From: Octopus vulgaris
Lineage: Eukaryota
NCBI GenBank assembly: GCA_951406725.2
Contig: OX597820.1
Span: 108,562,001-108,626,000, forward strand
DNA length: 64,000 nucleotides
Reading direction: 5' to 3'
This document shows positions 53,641-64,000 of this stretch, in pieces. Every line of letters starts with the position of its first letter. The stretch's first letter is position 1. The position numbers and the translations under genes were made by a program. The notes beneath the pieces were generated by a model. That model searched no databases and was not told the DNA's origin. It saw only the letters and a list, made by a program, of their open reading frames with translations.

Positions 53641-55145
53641 ATAGCTGCCCCCTCGTTATCGAGTATGGCCATTGCATGAAGCTTAACTGTTACGGGTGCT
53701 GTGATCGAATGTGACTTTTTAGCCCAGCTAAAGATCTACAATGTCTTGTACAAAATTGGCAACCAAGACCTTTACTGGTAATAGCCGGCTGTAGTTGTAA
53801 CTGGGCTTCATGTACCTTTGCATGTCGTTTAAGTCCTCCTGCCGAATTACACTCTCTTCCACATGCCCGACAGATATGATTAGTATGGTGTGTTACACCA
53901 CCAGTGGCCAGGTTGTCACTCATCTGTCTCGTTTTATGACTACGAAGATGACTCATGAGTCCAGCTTTACTGAGGCAGGGTCTTGTACAGACATTGCATG
54001 TCAGAATCAAAGGAAGACCCTTCCCTTCTGGAAGTGTACCAGCAATGCTCTTCCTGACATCCCTCCTTACTTTCTCATGTGCAACTCGAGATTTCTCAAA
54101 CGTGGCTGTCCCCTCATGCACAATCCTTCTCCACCTGCTACGATCAATAGCTATGCCTTCCCATGTGTCAGGAGAGATGCAGGCATCTCTTAAGGAAGCC
54201 TTCAGCAAGTCCTTATACCTCTTTTTTGGTTTATGTAGAGGTCATTCTCCTTTAGCTAACTCTCCATAAAAGAGTTGTTTTGGCATCCTTGAATCCTTCA
54301 TTCTGACCAGATGACCACTCCATCTGAGCCTTTGCTTTAACACAAGAGCTTCTATACTTTCACACCGAGAGCCTTCGAGTATTTCAAGATCACTGATGCG
54401 GTCCTTCCACTTAATGCTATAGATCCGTCTGAGGCACATCTGATGGAGACGTTCCAGATGTTTAAGGTGATATTGATATGTGACCCACGTCTCACAGGCA
54501 TAGAGAAGAGAAGGGAGCACACATGCCTTGTACACCTTTATCTTTGTCTTTCTGCATATGTCTCACTGACTCCAGAGACACTTTTCTAGCCTTTCGAAAG
54601 CAACACTTGCTTTCCTAATTCTATATGGAACTTCATCATCCACATTGCCATATCTATTAATAGTGCTTCCCAGGTAAACAAACTGATCAACTACATCAAG
54701 TCGTTTACCATTCACATAGATATTTGGTACACTATACTGCTTACCAGGGGCAGGTTGATGCATGACAACAGTTTTCTTGAGATTGACTGTCAATCCTAAG
54801 GCAGAGAATGCATTCAAAATGTGTTGCATATCAATCTCTGTGTGTGCTACTAGCTCACAATCATCTGCATACAAAAGGTCTCTTATGATAGAGGTAAATA
54901 TCTTTGTTTTTGCTGCAAGGTGCCTGATATTAAATATGCTGCCAGAGGTTTGATAATGGACGTAAACACCGTATCTGCAGTTTCTGAATGCAATACAGAA
55001 CACCATCGCGAAATATATGGAAACTAGAGTCGGTGCCAGAATATCTCTGTTTCACTCCATTTTGTATTGAAATGGGCTCCGACATCTTCCCTCTAACATT
55101 CACCCTACCATTCATGTCTTCATGAAAAGACCTAACCAAAGCAAG
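53640..55145 (-). pseudogene. RTE/BovB-like LINE ORF2 3' part with three C-terminal C2H2 fingers
   Basis: NGVKQ, LLYADDC, FVYLGS, YKACVLPSLLYACETW, RLRWSGHLVRM..RMPKQLFYGEL, then 3x CxxC...H...H; frameshifted. Confidence 0.9.
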
Positions 55146-55660
55146 GAATATATATATATACATACATATATGTAGAGACCTCACTTGGCCCTGCCTGAGA
55201 TTTGAAACCAAATCCACCCACTTGTTGCTTGTCAAAACAAATAGATTGATTGATGAGGAAGCACTTGATCCCCAAGGACCTTCGATGGTCATGGAAAGGT
55301 CAGTCCTTTGTTTAGGGTTTGACCTACATTACTGACCATAGTTTATATAACACAGAACATTTCCTATCTCTACCTCTTTTGCGTCAGCCAGACCCAGGAG
55401 CAGCACCTGCTTTTGCATTAGCCATGATCAAGAGCAGCACTTTCCCTTCGTCCTTCACTCGACATACGAAGAGAGGCTTTTGGCTGCAAGAAAAGCAATG
55501 CCACCTTTATCCTTTCTTCCTTTCTAGTCAGCGCCATGCATTCTTTACTCTTTCGCTCTCTACTGACAGCAACTTCTACACTATCAACTGCTAACCAGCG
55601 AACCATCTTTGTTGACACTATCACTAAAAGCGCTACAGTCTCTTTAACTATCTGTTAAAG

Positions 55661-56094
55661 GAAGAGTAAGAGGGTGGGAAAGGGAGAGAGAAACAAAGAG
55701 GGAGAATCATCATCATCATCATCATCGTTTAACGTCCGTTTTCCGTGCTAGCATGGGTTGGACGGTTTGACCGGGGTCTAGGAAGCCAGGAGGCTGCACC
55801 AGGCTCCAGTCTGATCTGGCAGTGTTTCTACAGCTGGATGCCCTTCCTAACGCTAACCACTCCGTGAATGTAGTGGGTGCTTTTTTCGTGCCACCGGCAC
55901 AGGTGCCATGGGGAGAGGAGCACTGGCAGCGTCCACGATCGGTCGGTGCTTTTTACGTGCCACCGGCACAGAAGCCAGTCAAGGCGGCGCTGCCATCGGC
56001 CACGTTCGAATGGTGCTTTTTACGTGCCGAAAGGATGCAGCAGAAAATAACAACCACACTCTTACCCGCACATAGAGTGGGTCACCTTAAGCTA

Positions 56095-56095
<1 letters not shown>
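55661..56095 (+). mobile_element. Second copy of the Helitron 3' end with the same nested RTE fragment
   Basis: Homologous to 14340-14766, including hairpin ACCCGC...GTGGGT and CTAG|T. Confidence 0.75.
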
Positions 56096-56146
<51 letters not shown>

Positions 56147-56149
56147 AAT

Positions 56150-56625
56150 CAAAATAGATGAACATCAATAGAATTTGTATCTTTACGTGGCACACAAGAA
56201 AACCATCCGAACGTGGCCGTAGCCAGTACCGCATCGACTGGCCTCCGTGCTGTGGGCACGTAACAAACACCATCCGATCGTGGCCGTTTGCCAGCCTCAT
56301 CTGGCACCTGTGTCGGTGGCACATAAAAACACCATCAGAGCGTGGCCGTCTGCCAGCCTCGTCTGGCACCTGTGTCGGTGGCACATAAAAAACACCATCC
56401 GAGCGTGGCCGTTTGCCAGCCTCGTCTGGCACCTGTGTCGGTGGCACATAAAATCACCCACTACACTCTCGGAGTGGTTGGCGTTAGGAAGGGCATCCAG
56501 CTGTAGAAACACTGCCAGATCTGACTGGACTGGTGCAGCTTTCGGGCTCCCCAGACCCCAGTTGAACCGTCCAACCCATGCTAGCATGGAAAGCGGACGT
56601 TAAATGATGATGATGATGATGATGA

Positions 56626-56626
<1 letters not shown>
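56150..56626 (+). mobile_element. RTE 3' UTR fragment with ~58-bp internal tandem repeats
   Basis: Three copies of CGTGGCCGT.TGCCAGCCTC.TCTGGCACCTGTGTCGGTGGCACATAAAA, then the shared terminus and (GAT)n. Confidence 0.85.
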
Positions 56627-56670
<44 letters not shown>

Positions 56671-56671
56671 G

Positions 56672-56717
<46 letters not shown>

Positions 56718-57059
56718 TAAAATGAGATAGGGGTTGAAAATTCAACCCACCATGGGATAACATATATCCAATATACTGCTAGAGAGGTACCCAACAAGAC
56801 TAATACATAAATGTTAAAAATTGCCATGCAATTAATTCATCTACTGTATTATGTGGGCAAGGGTAAAAATATTACCGTAAATTAATAATACAAAATTAGA
56901 AAATGGAGAAACATACTTAAATCAATCAAACATCAACCATCAGATAATACCCAATCAATACTTTATTACACCATTACATAACAGCAAAGACATTATACAA
57001 AATATATTGTAAATATAATTAGACAAGGAAATAGAAATATAAAATACAATTACATCATA

Positions 57060-57170
57060 TCTGACAGCTGTTTCGGCCGTGAGGACAAGTATGCCTCATT
57101 TAACCTATAAGCCATATAAGGCAGGTATAAATGAGACATTAACAAGGATGTCCCACGGCCTCTTCAGAGA
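57060..57170 (-). ncRNA. Minimal type I hammerhead ribozyme with long stem II
   Basis: UCU CUGAAGA GGCCGUG...CACGGCC GAAA CAGCUG UC/AGA has a canonical core. Confidence 0.82.
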
Positions 57171-57522
57171 ATTTAATTTAATATAAGTGTGGAAAAAATT
57201 TTACATATAAATATAAAAATATAAAATATAAAAATGTGTGCATAGACACTCATAATACTACACATATATATATACACATTAATACAATAATACAATAATA
57301 CAAAATAAACAAAATATATCAATATACATTAACAAACACAGTTATTTTACATATTGGACTCCTAGTTCCATAACTAACATCAAGGAAAATATATGCACAC
57401 TCACTGTATTAATGTGTATATATATATATGTGTAGTATTATGAGTGTCTATGCACACATTTTTATATTTTATATTTTTATATTTATATGTAAATTTTTTT
57501 TCCCACTTATATTAAATTAAAT

Positions 57523-57633
57523 TCTCTGAAGAGGCCGTGGGACATCCTTGTTAATGTCTCATTTATACCTGCCTTATATGGCTTATAGGTTAAATGAGGC
57601 ATACTTGTCCTCACGGCCGAAACAGCTGTCAGA
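57523..57633 (+). ncRNA. Minimal type I hammerhead ribozyme with long stem II (inverted twin)
   Basis: CTGAAGA 57526-57532, stem II 57533-57539/57612-57618, GAAA 57619-57622, CAGCTG, predicted GUC cleavage after 57630. Confidence 0.82.
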
Positions 57634-57789
57634 TATATTTTATATTTCTATTTCCTTGTCTAATTATATTTACAATATATTTTGTATAATGTCTTTGCTG
57701 TTATGTAATGGTGTAATAAAGTATTGATTGGGTATTATCTGATGGTTGATGTTTGATTGATTTAAGTATGTTTCTCCATTTTCTAATTT

Positions 57790-57826
<37 letters not shown>

Positions 57827-57861
57827 CTGTAAAATAATATGTGACAATTATACAATAGTCA

Positions 57862-57924
57862 AGATAAAACTCTGAGTTTCGGATGCCGAAGTGGAAATCC
57901 ACAACACCATCTCTTCGGTTATCT
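57862..57924 (-). ncRNA. Hammerhead-like motif, U4C core variant
   Basis: AGAUAA CCGAAGA GAUG...CAUCC GAAA CUCAGAG UU/UUAUCU, with a perfect 6-bp stem I and one unpaired C in stem II. Confidence 0.55.
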
Positions 57925-58266
57925 GGCTATCTGAAAAATGGTATGAAAAATACCGTTATATTAAGGGAAATTACTGTGTTATAATTCCGCTACTTATATA
58001 AATTAAGATTAAAAGTTCATAGTAAACACGTAAACATGCGCTCACATTTGCGCTCGCAGACCCACATGTGTACTTATACGTCACTATGAAAACGTACACA
58101 TCTTCACTCACATTTTTCGCCAAATGTGTCAATGTCACATTGTTTTAATAAAAATACATGTTGGCACTCCTGGGATCTCATAGTATTACCATGTAAAATT
58201 TGATTTGATTTGGTTGAGCCGTTTGTGAATGCATTGGGAACAGACAGATAAAAAGGATTACATAAA

Positions 58267-59583
58267 CAGGGTGTCCCAAAAAGATGTACTCACTCTTTGA
58301 CTTCCCAGTACACATGCATTTTGTGTTCAAGTAGATGTTTATTGATATACATACAATCCTAAAAAGTAATTTTAAATTCAGGAAAATAAATTGTTGTAGA
58401 AACGATTATTTATTGTCATTTAGAATTATTTAATGTTCTCTCTCATTCCTGCGTGTTTGCAAATGTTCAGTCTGCCTTCCTTCATTTTCCAAACAAAGCT
58501 GATAAACATCCAGCAATGGATTTGACAACATTGCCAAACATTTCATTCGGAATTGTGAGACATTGTATTCGAATTTCATTTTTCAAATCATCAATTGTCA
58601 CTGGTTTTGCAGCGTAAACCTTATCTTTGAGATGTCCCCATAAGAAAAAAAAAATCCATTGGCATAAGGTCTGGGGAATGTGCAGGAAATTCAATGCTAC
58701 CTCTCCTCCCAATCCATTTGTTTGGATTTGTTGCATCGAGGTAAGTCCATACATCACGATGGTAGTGAGGAGGAGCTCCATCTTGCTGGAAGTAAATCTC
58801 CTCGTCCCTAAACATCTCTTCAATTCGTGAGCCAACATTTTCCATCAGTAAGTTTGGTCAAAACAAAAAATGGTCCAACGATACCCAATGTTGACATCCC
58901 ACACCACACTGTAATGCCTGGTAAGTTCAGATGGTGTTCCATAGTAAAATGTGGATTTTCACAGGGCCATTATGTGCAATTATGTTGGTTGTCTGAACCA
59001 TTTTACTTGAAGGTGGCCTCATCACTCCATAAGATTTTCTCTGGAAACATTGCATCCTCTGCAAATTTGTTCAGATACCATTTGCAAAATTGAACTCTCC
59101 AATCAGAATCATGAATTAATGTTGGAACATAACTTTTCCAATGAGCTTGTTTCAACATCCAATGAACACTTGATTTTGGGATTCCTATCTCACAACTCAA
59201 TTGTCATACAGATTTCTTTGGGGATTGGGAAAGGGTTTCCATTAATTGGTTGTGTCTATTGGGGCTGGTAGATGTTCATGGTCTTCCAGAGCATTGCTTA
59301 CTAACGTTCTGAACAGTTCCGTACGCTTCAAATTTATCTCTGATGCAAGCGATAGTGTGTTGTGTTGGTGGTTGGTGGTGTCTTCTGAAACTGTCTGTTA
59401 AATTGTCCTTGCACTTCCATGACATTTTCGTGCTTCCAGTAGCACTTTAATATAATTTTTTTTTCCTCACATGTTAGTTGTGCATTTGCCATTGTGAAGG
59501 GTTGGTTGTGTCTGAAATAAAAAAAAAACAATACATTTGTAATCGTCTGCCAAAGAGTGAGTACATCTATTTGGGACACCCTG
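58267..59583 (-). mobile_element. Tc1/mariner-superfamily transposon, DD41D (rosa-like) type, decayed
   Basis: 33-bp TIR CAGGGTGTCCCAAA(A/T)AGATGTACTCACTCTTTG with TA on the right flank. Transposase pieces [18 protein letters not shown] and SPDLMPMDFF have 41 residues between the second and third Asp. Confidence 0.92.
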
Positions 59584-61323
59584 TATATATACAGATAGCA
59601 AATTGACAGTGTGAATTAATTATAAGGAAGATAACTCTAGCTTTGACATTTTCACTCTTTTTTTAATAGTTATTGGTTTTTGTTATATGTAATTTATTAA
59701 TCGACTATAAAACAAAAACGTATTGCCCATTTTGGGAACAGGGTTTTGCAGCTGTGTTATTTTTCTAATAATTTAGATTTCTGACCAGGCACTAGACCAA
59801 AAGTATTGTTGATATCGATGCCAGTTCTTAATTTAGTAACATATTTTTATCAATTTTAAGTCAAAGCAAAGATGTAAATCAGTCAAATTGAATTTATTAA
59901 TTCAATGCACTTTTTCTGTGAGGGTTTATATAAAATAAATGCATGAAATTCTAGTATCAAGTTTTTTTATGGTATTAGCCCAAATTTATTGGTGTCCATA
60001 TCGAGTGAATTCATGAAGAATTGTAGATTTTTACAGAAGACTCAATTCAGGTTGAACAAGAGTTTTAATCAATGGTTTGTAGATTGTAAAGACAATGACA
60101 GCTGGTAGTCATTTTTATATATAGATATTGTCCCAAATCTGAGCAAGCAAACTGAAATTACACTCAGACTTCAAAGTAAATAAAAACATATCAGTTTTAA
60201 AATTTGTGTCATGCGAATCATATATGTTAAGAAACAATATTTGTTGCCACAATTAATATCAAGAAATGAGTAAAACAAAAAAAAGGAAGAAAGATTGCAT
60301 AGAAATAGCACACAAAATTAATAAAGAAAGATGGCTTGAAGAAGTGAAGAATTTCATTTAAAACATCCCCATTTAAGGTTTGCAAACCACCAACCTCAAC
60401 CTGTAACTCTCACAACCCTACTAGCTACCCCCTAAGAGGATCCTGTCTCTCAAGGGTGAAGTCTAAAGAGTTACCCTCACACCATTCAACGGCATCTAAA
60501 AGCACTACACAACCCTGATGTCCAATGAGTTCAAGGGAAGGTACACATAGCATATGCACTTGCTTAGATACAGGGATAGGGAGAACTCCACTGCCTTATC
60601 TTATTTCCTCTGAAGCCTGTGTGACCTCCAGAATGAAACACCCAACTTTGAATAGACCATCATTGACAGGGTCCTACTCTATTCACCTGATGCCTATAAT
60701 TGCCAGCTATCCATCCATGAAAGACTGCACATTCTCCACTAACCTGCAGTATCTATCAACAGGAAATACTAACTATCTTAGTGCTGCCACCAGAGGTGTG
60801 CCCTCCTGGTGAACTTCATGCCACTAACTGACAACCCAGATATTAACATCAGCTGCTCCTCAGCATTGGCTATCTTACAATCAAGAACAGGGTTTCTAAC
60901 CATCAATGCCCACACAAACCACAAACTGACTCCCACAACCTTATACATTCCCTACATTTACCTTCTTAAATGTGGTGTATGCACATAAATACACACACAT
61001 ATATACTCACACACATCTACATATGTACACTCCCCCTCTTTCCTTCCCACCACACTGGCAAACCTCAGTCCAATACCACTCCTTCAGCAGCACTATTGAA
61101 ACTACACTGGTATACATCTCTCACATCTGCATACATAAATACCAAAAGCATGTGTGTGTATATATATATATATATAAAATAAATATAAGAGAGTGGTCAC
61201 TATATTGCTCACTCTAGCACCAGTTAATCCAAAAGGTTTCAACCACGAAAATACATGTTTCCCATGAAAGTCAGTACGATTGTTAGCTCACACGGACAGG
61301 GCAAATAAAAAATAACAAAAATA

Positions 61324-61420
61324 CAGATTATTTTGGGACAATTGTTTCGCTATTAATGAATTAAATGTAATTTTACTTACACAAAAAATCCATTTGTAGC
61401 TCGTCAGCCAAAACTATCTG
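61324..61420 (-). ncRNA. Type I hammerhead ribozyme, canonical core (copy 1)
   Basis: CAGAUAGUUUUGG CUGACGA GCUA...UAGC GAAA CAAUUG UC/CCAAAAUAAUCUG. Stem I spans 13 positions with one A-A mismatch and one G-U; stem III is palindromic. Confidence 0.88.
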
Positions 61421-61859
61421 GATGAAATCCACTCAATCACACGCCAGATTTTACCATAACGATAAATACGCGTGTGGTTCAATTGATTACATCCGACGTT
61501 ATAATTCAAATGCCCCAACCAACAGCGCGCCAAACTTTCACGGAAAACAAATACAGCATTTAGAAATAAATGCAGCATAATTATAATTAATTAATAAGGG
61601 TGAGAGAATTAGATACTAATTTAATAGTATATTTATTCAACACCAAGTGGCCTAGTGCTCCGAGAAACCTGGATTATTATAATATTTTATAACATATTAT
61701 AATATTTTTACAAAATAAATATAAGAGAGTGGTCACTATATTGCTCACTCTAGCACCAGTTAATCCAAAAAGTTTCAACCACGAAAATACATGTTTCCCA
61801 TGAAAGTCAGTACGATTGTTAGCTCACACGGACAGGGCAAATAAAAAATAACAAAAATA

Positions 61860-61956
61860 CAGATTATTTTGGGACAATTGTTTCGCTATTAATGAATTAA
61901 ATGTAATTTTACTTACAAAAAAAATCCATTTGTAGCTCGTCAGCCAAAACTATCTG
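61860..61956 (-). ncRNA. Type I hammerhead ribozyme, canonical core (copy 2)
   Basis: Same as copy 1, 536 bp away; it differs only in loop II. Confidence 0.88.
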
Positions 61957-62382
61957 GATGAAATCCACTCAATCACACGCCAGATTTTACCATAACGATA
62001 AATACGCGTGTGGTTCAATTGATTACATCCAACGTTATAATTCAAATGCCCCAACCAACAGCGCGCCAAACTTTCACGGAAAACAAATACAGCATTTAGA
62101 AATAAATGCAGCATAATTATAATTAATTAATAAGGGTGAGAGAATTAGATACTAATTTAATAGTATATTTATTCAACACCAAGTGGCCTAGTGCTCCGAG
62201 AAACCTGGATTATTATAATATTTTATAACATATTATAATATTTTTACAAAATAAATATAAGAGAGTGGTCACTATATTGCTCACTCTAGCACCAGTTAAT
62301 CCAAAAGGTTTCAACCACGAAAATACATGTTTCCCATGAAAGTCAGTACGATTGTTAGCTCACACGGACAGGGCAAATAATT

Positions 62383-62424
<42 letters not shown>

Positions 62425-62456
62425 GTAAATTATATATATATGTATAATATATATAT

Positions 62457-63125
62457 ATCACCTTGATCACCTTGACCGACCAGTCCGTCAGGCGTCCATT
62501 TGACACCGCTGGTCACAGCACACTGTCCACTCCTCTCTGGATCGCATCTTTCTCATCCATGTGATCCTAGTCGTCCTCCTGAAATCGTAAATCTACTGTC
62601 ATGGAGGCCTTCCGAGTAGTCGTTTCCGTTCGCGTGGGTACCACTCGACAACTGCGCGGGTCCACCGATTATCAGTGAGCCGGGCGACGTGTCCAGCCCA
62701 TCTAAACTTGCTACGTGTATACTCTGCGATGATATCCCTCATGCCGGACTTCTTTGTAATGATCTCGCTACTGATGTGCTCTCTCAATGAGATACCAAGC
62801 ATTTCAGCCATTACCAGTCTCTGCTCTTCTCTCTTTGTGGTAGCCCATATTTCACTACCATATAACATTGCACCTGAAGGACAAAAGGATTCCACATGTA
62901 CCAACAGGTCGAATGGTCATCGGCAGTGATGAAATAGAGGCGGTAAAGGAATATGTCTACCTGGGATAGGAAGTGAATATGTGCCGAGATATCGAAAAGG
63001 AGATCTCACGGAGAGTAAGGGTCAGATGATGGAAGGCGTTTAATGGCATAAGGGATGTGCTCAAGGGAAGGTTGGACAGGACCACCCGCGCGAACTTCAT
63101 CAACAGTACAGTTCTACCTGCAATG
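62457..63125 (-). mobile_element. RTE LINE (third family) with inverted 5' segment
   Basis: Minus 62875-62457: AMLYGSEIW..RWAGHVAR..GRPP plus a (CAAGGTGAT)n tail. Plus 62880-63125: EAVKEYVYLG..EKEISRR..WKAF..STVLPAM. Confidence 0.85.
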
Positions 63126-63258
63126 TATATATATATATATATATATGTATGTATATATATATATATATATGTATATGTATATGTATATGTATATATATAT
63201 GTATATGTATATATATATGTATATGTATATATATATGTATATGTATATATATATGTAT

Positions 63259-64000
63259 ATCATCATCATCATCATCATCGTTTAACATCCGTTCTCCATG
63301 CTAGCATGGGTTGGACGGTTCGACCGGGGTTCTGGGAAGCCAGAAGGCTGCACCAGGCTCCAGTCTAATCTGGCAATGTTTCTACAGCTGGATGCCCTTC
63401 CTAACGCCAACCACTCCGTGAGTGTAGTGGGTGCTTTTTACGTGCCACCTGCACAGGTGCTAGGCGAGGCTGGCAACGGCCACGGTCAGATTGGTGTATT
63501 TTATGTGCCACCGGCACGGAAGCCAGTCGAGGCGGTGCTGGCATCGGCCACGAGTCGGATAGTGCTTTTTACGTACCACCAGACCAGGGATCCTGGCTGG
63601 TTCAATTCGATTTCGATTTCGCTTGCCCCAACATGTCTTCACAAGCAAAGGGGGTTGGCATGGGTGCCTGTCATACGGTCGCATTGCAGTATTTTACGTG
63701 CCACGGCCACGAGTCGGATAGTGCTTTTTACGTACCACCAGACCAGGGATCCTGGCTGGTTCAATTCGATTTCGATTTCGCTTGCCCCAACATGTCTTCA
63801 CAAGCAAAGGGGGTTGGCATGGGTGCCTGTCGTACGGTCGCATTGGAGTATTTTACGTGCCACGGCCACGAGTCGGATAGTGCTTTTTACGTACCACCAG
63901 GCCAGGGATCCTGGCTGGTTCAATTCGGTTTCGCTTGCCCCAACATGTCTTCACAAGCATGGGGGGTTGGCATGGGTGTCTGTCGTCGGATGAGGTTCTA
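63259..64000 (-). mobile_element. RTE 3' UTR with three 159-bp tandem units, running off the window end
   Basis: (ATC)n tail plus the shared UTR; GGCCACGAGTCGGATAG at 63546, 63705 and 63864. Confidence 0.85.

Larger units (their letters stand above)
56888..57794. repeat. ~0.9 kb palindrome (arms 56888-57286 and 57405-57794), each arm carrying a hammerhead
   Basis: Arms are near-identical reverse complements apart from small indels, including ~11 bp at ~57046. Confidence 0.93.
61176..62380 (-). mobile_element. 536-bp tandem repeat (2.25 units) with one hammerhead per full unit, retrozyme-like
   Basis: Unit starts at 61176, 61712 and 62248, with about 3 substitutions seen between copies. No ORF; (TA)n on both sides. 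Confidence 0.85.

Noticed and set aside
60380-60960. Possible decayed LINE endonuclease region
   Set aside because: The motifs are too degenerate to support by eye.

Overview
Repeat-dense eukaryotic (animal) DNA. The (TA)n/(CA)n tracts, SINE families and RTE copies with (GAT)n tails suggest an octopus or other cephalopod, which is inference only. No confident host gene, rRNA, tRNA gene or CRISPR array was found; most ORF-track entries are microsatellite or satellite artefacts. The window contains CR1-type and RTE-type LINE relics, two full-length Tx1-like LINEs, a Gypsy relic, a DD41D Tc1/mariner, a non-autonomous Helitron, hAT-type and Merlin-like MITEs, tRNA-derived SINEs, a Penelope-like RT relic, a ~9 kb satellite and a 100-N gap. 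The main hidden signal is a set of minimal type I hammerhead ribozyme (HHR) motifs from several sequence families, mostly next to (TA)n. These are a 536-bp tandem repeat with one canonical HHR per full unit (retrozyme-like), a ~0.9 kb palindrome with two opposed HHRs, a U3-A8 core variant, a C4 variant and several decayed copies. All coordinates and pairings were read by eye.
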